A stretch of 64,000 nt of DNA, taken from contig CAWBKO010000009.1 in NCBI GenBank assembly GCA_963789435.1, positions 3,277-67,276 of the forward strand, in the 5' to 3' direction. This DNA is from an uncultured Chloroflexia bacterium (GTDB taxonomy: Bacteria; Chloroflexota; Limnocylindria; QHBO01). The notes under the pieces are model-generated. The model searched no databases and was not told where the DNA came from. It saw nothing but the letters and a program-made list of their open reading frames with translations. Both the position numbers and the translations under genes were made by a program. This document shows, in pieces, positions 1 through 10,589 of the stretch (position 1 is its first letter; each line of letters starts with the position of its first letter).

Positions 1-3000
1 AAGATCGGGTCATCCCAAGCGGTCAGGTCGATGGCCGGGTCGACGGTGTCGATGGTCACGTCCAGACCGGTGACTCGGCACTGGTGTTGCCGGCGGCGTC
101 GGTTGCCGGCGCGGTGTAGATGTAGGTCGCGTCAGGGGACGGCCGGGTCGGTCAAGCGTCCAGGATGCTGAACATGGTGGCGGCCCGCTGGCGACCACAC
201 TGCCGTCGCGGAGGAGCTCGACGAAGCGAATGGCTCGGCCGTCCGCTGAAGGTCGGGCTCGTATCGCTGGTCAGGTCGTCGCTGTCGCTGGCACCCAGTC
301 TCTGTGGCGTCGAAGTTGGGCGCCTCACACTAGGAGCCACCGTGTCGTAGGTCCAGGCCAGGGTGTTGGACAGGGTGTTGCCGTTGCCAGCGGTATCGAT
401 GGCGCTGGCGGCCGGGACTTCACGCTGACCGCGCCGTTGGCGGTGGCGGTAACGGTGAAGGTGTAGGTGTCGGGGTCAACCGTGGTGAAGGCCGAAACGG
501 TGCCGTTGCTGACCGACACGTCGGTGGCGGTGAAGCCGGTGACGGTCTCGCTGAACTGGGCGGTGACCGAGTGAGCGGCGACGTTGGTCGAAGCCGCTGC
601 GCCGCCGGACAGGGCGACGCCGGGAGCGGTGCGGTCGATGGCGTAGACCTGGCCGGTGAAGTTGCCGTTGCCGGCGCCGGTGCCGCCCAGCTTGTTGCCG
701 GCGGTGTCGGCGATCGAGTCGTCGTCGACCAGGTTGAGGCCGAGGTGCCGTCGCCGGTGCCGGTGCTGGCGGTGACGGTGTAGGTCGTGCCGCTGCCGGT
801 GACGCCGGTGATGGCCGGCGTGCCGCCCAGGCCGCCGTTGACGAGCGTGAAGTCGGCGGCTCGACGCCGGTGACGTCTCGCTGAACGTGACCGTCCAGCT
901 GACGCTCGGCGGCGTTGGTCGGGCTGGCGCCGGCGCGGTTGATCGAGACACGGTCGGGGCGGTGCGTGTCGATGGTGTAGACCTGGCCGGTGAAGCGTTG
1001 CGACGCCGGTGTTGCCGTTGCCGGCGGCGTCGGATCGAGTCGTCGTCGGCCTTGACGCTCACGGTGACCGTGCCGTCGCCGGTCGTGCCGGTGACGGTGA
1101 AGGTGTAGGTGTCGCCGGTCCACGCCGGTGACGGCCGCGGCGTGCCGCCGAGCTCGCTGACCAGAGCGAAGTCGGCTGTCGTCGACGCCGGTGACGGTCT
1201 CGCTGAACTGGACGGTGAAGTTGACGGCGAGGCGTTCGTCGGATCGGCGCTGGCGCGGCCGACCGATCGACCGTGGGGCGGTCCGGTCGATGGTGTAGAC
1301 CTGGCCGGTGAAGTTGCCGTTGCCGGCGCCGGTGCCGCCCAGCTGTTGCCGGCGGCGTCGGCGATGGAGTCGTCGTCGACCAGGTTGAGGCCGAGCGTGC
1401 CGTTGCCGGTGCCGGTGGTGGCGGTGACGGTGTAGGTCGTGCCGCTGCCGGTGACGCCGGTGATCGCCAGGCGCCGCTGACCGCTGTTGACGAGCGTGAA
1501 GTCGGCGGCGTCGACGCCGGTGACGGTCTCGCTGAAGGTGACCGTGCAGCTGACGCTGGCGAGCGTTGGTCGGGCTGGCGTCGGCGCGGTTGATCGAACG
1601 ACGGTCGGCGCGGTCGTGTCGATAGTGTAGACCTGGCCGGTGAATGTTCGACGCCGGTGTTGCCGTTGCCCGCGGGGTCGTGCGCGCCGCGCGGCCGGGA
1701 CCGTCGACGGTGACCGTGCCGTCGGCGGTCATGCCGGTGACGGTGAAGGTGTAGGCCGTGACGGTGCCCGCTGGTGATGGCCGCGCTCGTGCCGCCGGCC
1801 GCCCGACGTGAAGTCGGCGGCGGTGAAGCCGGTGACGGTCTCGCTGAACGTGACCGTGAAGTTGATCGGCGACGGCGTTGGTCGGGTCGGCGCTGGCCGG
1901 CCGCCTGATCGACGGTGACCGTCGGCGACGGTCTTGTCGATGTGTAGACCTGGCCGGTGAAGTTGCCGTTGCCGGCGCCGGTGCCGCCGAGCTTGTTGCC
2001 GGCGGCGTCGGCTGATCGAGTCGTCGTCGACCAGGTTCAGCCCGAGCGTGCCGTTGCCGGTGCCGGTGGTGACGGTGACGGTGTAGGTGTCGCCGCTGCC
2101 GGTGACGCCGGTGATCGGACGCGCCGCCGCCCGCCGGTCGTCGACCAGCGTGAAGTCGGCAGCGTCGACGCCGGTGACGCGTCTCGCTGAACTGACCGTC
2201 CAGCTGACGCTGGCGGCGTTGGTCGGGCTGGCGACCGCGCGGGTGATCGAGGTCACGGTCGGCGCCGTGTTGTCGCTCACGTCGTCATTCAGAATCGTCG
2301 CAGTGGCGACATTCGGACTCCCGATGTTCATCCCACTCCCCCCGGACGGAGATGGGTTGGACAGCGTGACCGTGAACGTTTGGTTCGGATTGAGAGGTTG
2401 CGTCCCCGCAGATCGTGACCGAAATTGTCTTGGGCTCGTTACCGCCGCCGGATGCCGTGAATGTCAGGGTCCCGCTAGCCGAAATGTAGTCTTCAGCACC
2501 GTCGCATGTCCCCGTGCCCGCGATCGCGGGATTCGCGCCGCTTGGTGCCGTCGCATACGAAACGGTGCCTGTTCCGGAGCCATTGGTCTCCACGTTAAAC
2601 GTCAGCAAAGCCGAGCCCGAATTGCCCTCGGTCACCGTCTGCGATGCGGCTGTGAAGGAGACGGTCTTGGCCGCAGCGACATACGGCCCGACGAGCGGGC
2701 CGCCGTCGCCGACCGGCGCGGCGCCGGCAGGCTGGATCGAATCGGTCGAGGCATCGGCCATGGCGCGGGCCAGGTTGAGGCGGCCGTTGCCGGTCTCACC
2801 GGGGATTGCCGGCCGGATCGGCGTTGCGCGCGAGGCGCGAGACGATGACGCCGTTCGAGAGGGCAGGCTCGTTGGCCTGCAGGAGAGCCGCGGCTCCGGC
2901 AACCTCGGCGGCAGCAGCCGAGGTGCCGGAGATGGTCGCGACGCTCCCCCAGCGTTGGTAGTTGCGATGTCGACGCCCGGAGCCGCCATGAAGGCGGCCG

Positions 3001-4148
3001 GGCCGTAGTTCGCACCGGCCGCGAGGGCGTCGACGGAATCAGTCGAGGTGACGCCGATGACGCCGCGGTCACCGGCGGGGAAGGTGGCGGTGCCCGAGCC
3101 GTCGTTGCCGGTGGCGGCAACGAGGACGGCGCCGGAGGCCCAGGCGTAGTCGATCGCCGCCTGGAGGGCGGGCGAGTAGCCGGGGTTGCTGAAGGACATG
3201 AGGATGACGTCGGCGCCCGCATCGGCGGCGTACACGACGCCGGCGATGATGTCGCTGTCCTGTCCGGTGCCATCGGCGCCGAGGACGGTGACGGGCAGCA
3301 CGGAGACGCCCGCGTAGGCGGTGCCGGCGATGCCGGTGCCGTTATCGGTCTCGGCCGCCACGATGCCGGCCATCCAGGTGCCATGGCCGTTCGGGTCGCT
3401 CAGGCCATTCGACCCATCCAGGACCGAGGTGCCGGGTAGGACGACACCATCAAGGTCCGGATGGGTGGCGTCGACGCCCGTATCGAGGACGGCGACGGTA
3501 GACGTGCCGGCAATGCCGACGGTGCCGTACAGCTGGTCCCAGCCGATCTTCGGCAGCGACCACTGATCGGCGTAGGAGGTGTCGGAGGGGGCGGCCTCGA
3601 CGGCGCGGGTGCGGTCGAGATCGACGCGCGCGACCTCGGCGAATGCGTTGAGCGCCGACGAGCTCGTCGAAGTAGCCGGCCTCGTGGAGGAGAACGCTGC
3701 GCATGCTGAGCTGCGGGATGGCGCTCTCGTCGGTGACGTTCGCGCTCGCGAGGATCTCGAGCTGGCGGGCGTCATCGGTGCCGGAGGCGAAGGTGACCAG
3801 GTAGGGGCGCGTGCCGGGGGTCTGATCGGGCTCCGAGGGGGCAGGAGTCGGATCGGGCTCGGGGGAGGCACTCGCGTGAGGATCTGAGGGAATGGGAGTC
3901 GGGTCGGGGGCAGCGGTCGGATCGGGCTCCGAGGGGGCAGGAGTCGGATCCGGCTCGGATGGTGCCGGTGTGACCTCAGGCGTCGGCTCTGTCGATGGCT
4001 CGGGCGCGACCGATTCGGTCGGCGACGGCTCCGGGGTCGGGTCTTCGGCGAACGTCGCCGTGGGTCCGAAGATATAGGTGACGAAGACCAGGAGCTGGAG
4101 CAGTACGAGCACGGGTCGACTGGCTCGACGGTGGGCGACCGGCAACAT
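1..4148 (-). pseudogene. Giant secreted subtilisin-like (S8) serine protease fused to a Calx-beta-like domain and at least 7 tandem Ig-like domains. The 3' end runs off the left edge. The reading frame is broken many times as sequenced.
   Basis: ATG at 4148 preceded by a GAGGG RBS. Signal peptide MLPVAHRRASRPVLVLLQLLVFVTYIFGPTATFA, then a P/T/E-rich linker with PTPAPSEPD repeats. S8 motifs LDTGVD (Asp) and HGTWMAG (His) are in one frame. The Ser motif GTSAAAAEVAGAAALLQ lies in a different frame (about 2800-2945). Further shifts at about 3660 and 2335. A Calx-beta-like segment (TVSFTAASQTVTEGNSG...TISVTICGD) spans about 2290-2640. Repeated modules ending GTGAGNGNFTGQVYxIDRTAP fill 1-2300. Confidence 0.8.
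330..2290 (-). repeat. Intragenic tandem repeat: alternating A/B Ig-like domain modules of about 325 bp, forming an about 650 bp super-repeat.
   Basis: The 18-mer GTAGACCTGGCCGGTGAA occurs at 643, 977, 1295, 1627 and 1944 (spacings 334/318/332/317). A-type copies (643, 1295, 1944) share long near-identical flanks. B-type copies (977, 1627) share another set. Confidence 0.9.
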
Positions 4149-4253
4149 GATTCCCTCTATTCCCCTCAGGCACGACGCGGGCACAAAACGCCACGCAATC
4201 AAATGAGTGCTCGCGCACTGTGGCAAAGGGACCGCCCGAGGGCCATCCGTGGA

Positions 4254-4376
4254 GGTACGGACCCCGATACGGATTGAAAACTCCGTACCCCGACCCGGGC
4301 CGTTGCCTCTACGCAACGGCACGTCCGGATACGGAGCGGCTCGCTCAGTACACCAATCCGTACAACTCCGGATACC
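4254..4376. promoter_or_regulatory. Array of TACGGA/TCCGTA hexamers in the divergent intergenic region; candidate operator cluster.
   Basis: Perfect hexamers at 4256-4261, 4268-4273 and 4330-4335 (TACGGA) and at 4282-4287 and 4357-4362 (TCCGTA). A GGATAC variant is at 4370-4375. GGTACGGA (4254-4261) and TCCGTACC (4282-4289) form a perfect 8-bp inverted repeat. Confidence 0.5.
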
Positions 4377-4396
4377 GGCGGTGCTGCGAGGCGACA

Positions 4397-4402
4397 TACA
4401 CT
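4397..4402 (+). promoter_or_regulatory. -10 box TACACT, 7 nt upstream of ATG 4410 (leaderless-type promoter).
   Basis: TAnnnT hexamer, no SD sequence, 7-nt spacer to the start codon. Confidence 0.4.
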
Positions 4403-4409
4403 GCGGCGC

Positions 4410-4907
4410 ATGCACATGTCAGAGCGGGACCGGGACGCCTCGGCGGATCTCGTCGAGGAGCCCACGGAGGACGGTCCCGCGCTGCGTGACGCAGCCACCG
4501 CCGTCGAGCGGGCTGCCGCCGACGAGGCGCTCGCGAGCGCCGCGCGCGACATGTTCCTTGTCTCGCCGGTACCCGTCATCGATGCCGACGAACGGGTCCT
4601 CCCGCACCTGCTCCCGGGCGAGAAATTGCACGGCTTGCGTCGGCGTGCGATCCTACGTGCACCCGGTGATGACCGAGCGCTCGGGTATGGGGGATCTCTG
4701 TACCTCACGTCGCGCAGGCTCATTCACCTGGGACAGGTGATCGTGACCGTGCAGCTGACCGATATCGTGGAAGCCTCCCTCGCCGGAGAACGGCTTCTGC
4801 TGACGCTTCGGGACGGCGAGGGCCTGACCCTCGACCTCGACCGGCCGCGCCTGCTCCGCGCCGAGATTGCCGCCGTGGCACGTGACCTGCGAGAGACGCG
4901 CGTATGA
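4410..4907 (+). CDS. Hypothetical protein, possibly a bPH/PH-like fold.
   Basis: 165-aa ORF with high GC3. The stop overlaps a downstream ATG (ATGA at 4904). I recognise no family motif with certainty. Confidence 0.55.
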   Translation: MHMSERDRDASADLVEEPTEDGPALRDAATAVERAAADEALASAARDMFLVSPVPVIDADERVLPHLLPGEKLHGLRRRAILRAPGDDRALGYGGSLYLTSRRLIHLGQVIVTVQLTDIVEASLAGERLLLTLRDGEGLTLDLDRPRLLRAEIAAVARDLRETRV

Positions 4908-5078
4908 GCGTCCGCCGAGCAAACAACTCACGCCCCGACGCGCCTCCCCCGATAGACGCGTCAGAGGCAAGTGCGGCGCCGAAGGCACCGGCCCGCACGC
5001 GAAAGACTCCCGCTCCCACCACCACACAGGCCCCGGTCCTTGCGCCCCGGTCAAGCGGAAGAGGCGGAGGAACGGTAC

Positions 5079-5381
5079 GTGGTCGCGCGCGACGCGTGGA
5101 TCGCGGCGATGCACGGGGCCAACAGCGGCCGTGCAGCGGACCTCGCCACCCTGGCGATCACCCAGGAGGCCTACGTGCAGGCCATGGCCGATGTCGAGCG
5201 CTGGCGCTCCGGCGCCATGGTGGCATTCAAGATCGAGCCCGAGGCCAAGCTGCACGACATCGAGACTGCGGTGGGCCAGGAGATCGCGTGGCGGGGCGTC
5301 CGCGAGCGCGCCACCACGCACCTGAAGCATCTCAGCCCGCTCGGCCGGCTCGCCCGTCGCCTGACGGGCCGCGGCGACTGA
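5079..5381 (+). CDS. Hypothetical protein; start uncertain.
   Basis: High-GC3 coding signal from about 5070 to the TGA at 5381. GTG 5079 is preceded by GGCGGAGGA. Alternatives are the maximal ORF from 4971, or ATG 4904 joined through a frameshift near 5045. Confidence 0.45.
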   Translation: MVARDAWIAAMHGANSGRAADLATLAITQEAYVQAMADVERWRSGAMVAFKIEPEAKLHDIETAVGQEIAWRGVRERATTHLKHLSPLGRLARRLTGRGD

Positions 5382-5388
5382 TTCCGGC

Positions 5389-6040
5389 TCAGCCGCTCCG
5401 GTAGCGCTGCGCCGCCTCGGCGCGGTTGCGGACCCCCAGCTTTCGCAGCAGGCTGCTGACGTGGCTCTCCACCGTGCGCGGTGAGATGGCGAGCGCGCCG
5501 GCGATCTCCCGATCGGTGAGCCCGTCGGCCAGCAGGCGCAGCACCTCGCTCTCGCGCGCGCTGAGCAGCTGTTCCACCTGGTCGCCCTCCGGCGGTCCGC
5601 CGCGGGCGCTGCGCTGGCAGATGCTCCATCACCGTCGCGGCGTGCCCGCGCGACATGGGCAGGTCCCCCTGGCGGATGCCGCGCACGGCGCGCAGCAGCG
5701 CCTCGCCGCTGACGTCCTTGGTCAGGTAGCCGTATGCGCCGTGGCGCACCGCGGCGAGCAGGTCGCGCTGATCGGTGGAGACCGTCAGCATCACGATCTT
5801 CGTGTCGGGCAGCCGCGGCGCCAGCTCGCGCACGGCCTCGATGCCGCTCAGGCCGGGCAGGTCGATGTCGAGCAGCAGCAGGTCCGGCCGCAGTGAGGGC
5901 GCCATTCGGAGCGCATCCTCGGCGTTGGCGGCCTCGCCCACCACCTCGATGTCGGGAGCCTGCAGCGCCTGGCGGATGGCGGATCGGACCAGCGCGTGGT
6001 CGTCCACCAGCAGGACCCGCAGCGGCGCCTCAGCTTGCAT
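5389..6040 (-). CDS. Response regulator, NarL/LuxR (REC + GerE HTH) family; one apparent frameshift near 5620.
   Basis: REC domain [13 protein letters not shown]...[14 protein letters not shown]...KIVMLT. The C-terminal HTH ([45 protein letters not shown]) lies in a second frame (ORF 5389-5577). The ATG at 6040 overlaps the kinase stop. Confidence 0.85.
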
Positions 6041-7574
6041 CGGTGCCCTCCCTTCCCCCGATCGGCATGGCCAGCTCCACGCGGGTCCCATTCTGCGGCT
6101 CGGACGTGACCGTCAGCCGTGCGTGAATGATGGCAGCGCGCTGTCGCATGCTCTCCAGACCGAAACCGGACGAGACGCTCTCTGGCCGGAATCCGTGTCC
6201 ATTATCGGTCACGGTCAGCAGCAGCTCCCCGTTGCTCGTCACGTCCACGCGAACGACCGTGGCGTCGGCGTGCTTGCGGACGTTGGTCATCGCCTCCTGG
6301 ACGATGCGCAGCAGCTCGGCCTGGGCCCTGGCCCCGATCTCCGGCACCGGTCCGTGGATGGTCAGCTCCGCGCGCAGCGCGAAGCGATCCGCGAAGTCGT
6401 CCACGTGGCGCGCCAGCATGTCGATCAGGGGCCCCGTCTCGGAGCTCTGGCGCATGGCGGCCACCGCCTGGCGCGCCTCCGCAAGCGCGTTGTCGATGGC
6501 GCTCTCGACCTCGTCACTCAGCTGCTTCGCCTCCGGCGTGAAGCCGGCGATCTGCGCCAGCCGGCTGTGCTTGAGCTTGGCGAACCAGAGGTCCTGCGCC
6601 AGTCCGTCGTGGATCTCGCGCGCCAGCCTGGCACGCTCCTCGAGCGCCGCAGTCGCCATCTCCGCGTCGCCGAGGCGGCGCAGCTCGATGTTCGCCTCGC
6701 GCAGTGCCCGGAGGTCGTCGCGGCTGTCGAACACGATCCCGAAGAGCAGCACGACGTAGAAGGCGAGCCGCATGAGGTCGCCGGTCGTGATCACCGACGT
6801 GTAGCTTCCCGGGTGGATGGCGCTGCTGACCTGGCTGAATGCGGCGATCATCAGCCCGGCGGCCAGCAGCGCCTCGCCGACGCGCCCGTTGCGCCGCCAC
6901 GACCGATGCGCCAACACGGCGGCGACGGCGAAACCGAGCCCGACGAGCAGCTGGGCGACGACGAGCGACCAGGCCGAGCCGGTCGGCAGGGCAGCCGCCG
7001 GGTGGCTGGCCATCTCGGCCAGCGTGGCTGGGTCCAGGAGCGCCGGTAGGCCATCCTGGATCCGCGCCGCGAGCAGGATCAGGAGCGCCACCGTCGCGGC
7101 CGGGACGATGAGGAGGAGCGCCGGCCGCCACGCGACATCCGGGGTCGGGCGCAGCGCCACGACCCCGGCGCCGACGAGCAGGGCGGCGGCCGTACCGCGG
7201 CCGAGCACCGATGCGATCAGCGGCAGCTGCCCGGGGTCTTCGAGTGACATGCCGAACGCCGCGTCGATACCCGCCACCTGGACGAGCAGGACGATTCCGT
7301 TCAGGACGGCGAGCACCGCGAAGGCCGATCCCCGGAAGAGCGCCGCTCCGTCGCCCGCCACGCGACCGCGGGCCCAGTTGAGCGCCGCCACCGCGACCGA
7401 GACGAGGGTGGCGGCCGTGATGATCGCGATGTCCAGCCGTTCGTTGACGATGGCCGGCACGACCGGCAGCGTGACCGCGAGGCTGGTGATGGCGGCCAGC
7501 ACCATCCCGAGGGCGGAAAGCCCGACATCGACGGACCGATGCGTCCGCACGGTCGCTCCTGCCTCGGCGCTCAT
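6030..7574 (-). CDS. Sensor histidine kinase (multi-TM sensor + HisKA_3 + HATPase_c).
   Basis: H-box LAREIHDGLAQDL. ATPase motifs TNVRKHA, DNGHGF and GFGLESM. About 8 predicted TM helices at the N-terminus. The ATG at 7574 overlaps the upstream stop (ATGA). Confidence 0.9.
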   Translation of the reverse strand: MSAEAGATVRTHRSVDVGLSALGMVLAAITSLAVTLPVVPAIVNERLDIAIITAATLVSVAVAALNWARGRVAGDGAALFRGSAFAVLAVLNGIVLLVQVAGIDAAFGMSLEDPGQLPLIASVLGRGTAAALLVGAGVVALRPTPDVAWRPALLLIVPAATVALLILLAARIQDGLPALLDPATLAEMASHPAAALPTGSAWSLVVAQLLVGLGFAVAAVLAHRSWRRNGRVGEALLAAGLMIAAFSQVSSAIHPGSYTSVITTGDLMRLAFYVVLLFGIVFDSRDDLRALREANIELRRLGDAEMATAALEERARLAREIHDGLAQDLWFAKLKHSRLAQIAGFTPEAKQLSDEVESAIDNALAEARQAVAAMRQSSETGPLIDMLARHVDDFADRFALRAELTIHGPVPEIGARAQAELLRIVQEAMTNVRKHADATVVRVDVTSNGELLLTVTDNGHGFRPESVSSGFGLESMRQRAAIIHARLTVTSEPQNGTRVELAMPIGGREGTDAS

Positions 7575-8359
7575 GTCGTCTCCAGCAGCGCCAGCACCTG
7601 GTCGTGCAGCAGCCCGTTCGTCGAGACCGCCTGCGGGCCGGACCACGATTCGCGGCCCTCGAGATCGGTCATCCGGCCGCCCGCCTCGGTGACGATGAGA
7701 TGCGGTGCCGCCATGTCCCACGGCTTGACGCCGTACTCGAGCATCGCCTCCGCCGAGCCCTGGGCCACCAGCATGTGGCCCCAGAAGTCGCCGAAGCCGC
7801 GATCGCGCCAGGACGCGGAGGTCAGACGCCGGAGCCCGTCGCCCAGGCCCGCCGCGTCAAGCCCGCGGAGGGTCGAGAACGTGATCTGGGCATTGGCCAG
7901 CGCGTCGACCGGCGAGACGTGGATCGGACGCTCTGTGCCGTCGACGCGGACGGTCGCTCCCCCGCCGCGGGTTGCCCACCAGCGGCGGTGCATGGCGGGC
8001 GCCGAGACCACGCCCACCAGGAGCTCACCCTCACGCTCGAAGGCGAGCAGCGTGGCGAACACCTCGATGCCGCGCACGACGTTATGGGTGGCGTCGATGG
8101 GATCCATGATCCAGCGGCCATCGCCGGCATCCTCGTCGGTGCCGAACTCCTCGCCGAGGACGGTGTGCGCCGGGAACGCATCGGCGATGCGATCGCGCAG
8201 GTGGGTCTCGATCTCGGTGTCGGCCTGCGTCACCAGGGTGCGATCCGGCTTGGCGCTGACGGTCAGCCCGCCGGCGACGTGGCCCAGCGCGATCGCATCG
8301 GTCTCATCAAGCACGGCATGGGCGAATTGCAGCAGGGAGTCGCGGTCATCGGCGCTCAC
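7571..8359 (-). CDS. Inositol monophosphatase family protein (SuhB/HisN-like).
   Basis: Motifs VLGEEFG and WIMDPIDATHNVVRG. The GTG at 8359 overlaps the upstream stop (GTGA). Intact at 262 aa. Confidence 0.85.
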   Translation of the reverse strand: MSADDRDSLLQFAHAVLDETDAIALGHVAGGLTVSAKPDRTLVTQADTEIETHLRDRIADAFPAHTVLGEEFGTDEDAGDGRWIMDPIDATHNVVRGIEVFATLLAFEREGELLVGVVSAPAMHRRWWATRGGGATVRVDGTERPIHVSPVDALANAQITFSTLRGLDAAGLGDGLRRLTSASWRDRGFGDFWGHMLVAQGSAEAMLEYGVKPWDMAAPHLIVTEAGGRMTDLEGRESWSGPQAVSTNGLLHDQVLALLETT

Positions 8360-10561
8360 CTGACCGCCATGACCTCCACCACTCCCTCGCGGCGGATGAC
8401 GTCGACCCGAGCCCCGATGCGCTGTCGCTCGATGTGGAGGTTCAGGGTGGCGTCGCCCACCGCGAGGTTGTCGATGCGCAGGTGATCCAGGAAGGCCGGC
8501 AGGCTCGCATGGTCGAAGCGAAGGAGCCGGGCGGAGGCGTCGACCTCCATGCCCAGGCAGGCCTGCAGCAGCATGAACACGGCGCCGGCGGCCCAGGCCT
8601 GCGGTGAGCAGGCCACCGGGTAGCGCGTCGGTCCCTCCCCCGGGCGGCGGCTGAAGCCGCAGAACAGCTCCGGCAGCCGGGCCAGCTCGAAGTGGCGGCT
8701 CGCCTCGAACAGCCCGCTCAGCACGCGCGCCGCGTGGTCGTGGAACCCGGCGCGGCCCAGCCCGAGCGCGGTGATGGCGTTGTCGTGCGGCCAGATGGAC
8801 CCGTCGTGGTAGGACATCGGGTTGTAGCGGGGCTCGCCCTGCCGCCAATGTGCGGACGCCCCAGCCGGAGAACATCGCATCGCTCAGCAGCTCGTCCGCA
8901 ACCAGCTTGGCGCGCTCCGGGCTCACGATGCCGCCGAACAGGCAGTGTCCCGGGTTCGAGGTCCGGACGCGGCACAGCCGCTTGTCGCCGTCGAGCGCGA
9001 TGCCGTAGGTGCCCAGCTCCTCGACCCAGAATGCCTCCTCGAAGCGCTCGCGGAGCGTGAGCGCCTGGGAGCGCAGCTCGGATGCCCGACCGTCGTGGCC
9101 GAGGGCATCGGCGAGGTTGGCGGCGCCCAGCCTGGCGGCGTAGACGTAGGCCTGGAGCTCACACAGCGCGATCGGGCCCTCGGCCAGGACGCCGTCGGCG
9201 TGGAACACCGCGTCGTTCGAGTCCTTCCAGCCCTGGTGCGCGAGGCCGGTGGGGCTGCGTCGCGCGTACTCGATGAAGCCGTCGCCATCGGGGTCGGCCG
9301 GACCGTCGATCCACGCCAGCGCGCGCTCGACGTTCGGCCACAGCTGCTCGATGAAGGCTCGATCCGCCGTCTGCCGGTAGTACGCATCGGCCAGGATGAC
9401 GAAGAGGGCGGTCGCGTCATGGCTGCCGTAGTAGCGCGCCGAAGGGCACCTCCATCTCGCGCGGCCATCTCGCCGTGACGCACCTCGTGGAGGATCTTGC
9501 CGGGCTGCGCGTCGCGCTCGGGCTCGTCCGCCACCGCCTGGTTCGCGGCGAGGTGCCCCAGCACGCCGCGGGCGAGCGCCGGCTGGACCCAGAGCAGCTG
9601 GAGCGCGGTGATCAGCCCGTCGCGACCGAAGACGGTGCTGAACCAGGGAATCCCGGCGTACGGATACGGGCCGTGGGCCGTCTCGCTGGTCATCATCACC
9701 ACGTCGGACAGGCTGCGGCCGACCCAGTCGTTGAAGTCGTCGCTCGAGCTGGTGATGTGGGCCGAGCGTGCGATCCGGCCGCCGAGCTCGCGGGCCGACA
9801 GGTCCAGCGCGGTGGCGTAGTCCGATCGGGCGTGAGGGGCGCTCGAACTCGCACGCCACGCGGAACTCGATCGTCGCCGCGCGGCCCGGCTCCAGCTCGA
9901 CGAGGTAGGTGGCCTCGCGCGCGTCGAGCTCGGCGGGTGCCGGCGTGAACGTGATCCGCGTGTGGCGGCGCAGGCCGTCGAGCCCGTCGTAGCCGAGGAT
10001 GGCGGAACCCTTGTTGACCCGCGGCGCGCGGAGCGAACCGCGCCGCTCGCGCCGCATGCCGCGCACCTCGAACAGGTCCACGTAGTCGGCCGCGAAGCGC
10101 AGGGAGACCGGCAGGGTCACCGGCTCCTCGCCGAAGTTCCGAAGCTCGATGCGCTCGTGGCAGGCGGCCGCCCACAGCACCTTGGTGCGCGAGACGTGGA
10201 TCGTGCTCGTGCGCAGCATGCGGTCGCCGACCATCACGTCGGGGTTGGTGAGGTCGATCGCCAGGCGTGAGTTGTCGCCGCGGGCGGTCGAGCCAAGCAG
10301 CAGCGGGCGCTCCCCGGCGATGCGGAGCCCAAGGGCGGACAGGAATCGCGTCCCGCGGTGGTAGAGCCCCTCCTCGCCCAGGCCGATCGGCCGGATGTCG
10401 CCGTACCGATCGAAGACGGCGAAGGAGTCGCCGTGCTTCAGGACGCCGGCGTTCTCGTCCGCCGGCGAGCCGGTGGCGAGGATGTAGTAGCGGCCCTCGA
10501 TCTCGACGACGGTGCGCGGATCTTCGGGTGGTGACACGAACTCGTCTGGTTGGGTCGCCAT
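8356..10561 (-). pseudogene. Amylo-alpha-1,6-glucosidase / bacterial glycogen-debranching-like enzyme; 3 apparent frameshifts (about 9835, 9440 and 8885).
   Basis: The N-terminal GDE_N-like part (GRYYILATGS...HGDSFAVFDRYGDI), the middle part (PYAGIPWFSTVFGRDGLIT) and the C-terminal part (YHDGSIWPHDNAI...CSPQAWAAGA) sit in three different frames. Confidence 0.8.
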
Positions 10562-10589
10562 CGGCCTCCGGGCTGCGGTCGCGCCCAGC

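Noticed and set aside
330-2290. Regularly spaced (about 325 bp) repeats that could superficially suggest a CRISPR-like or satellite array.
   Set aside because: The units are about 10 times longer than CRISPR repeats, there are no unique spacers, and they translate into Ig-like protein domains continuous with the protease gene.
7571-10561. 996-aa ORF that looks like a debranching-enzyme/inositol-monophosphatase fusion protein.
   Set aside because: It is a chimera created by frame drift. The hydrolase C-terminus is in another frame ending at 8356, and the phosphatase has its own GTG at 8359 in a GTGA overlap. The same applies to 54336-56372 (permease + ATPase), 10788-12296 (secreted protein + GT4), 30755-32875 and 23983-25938.
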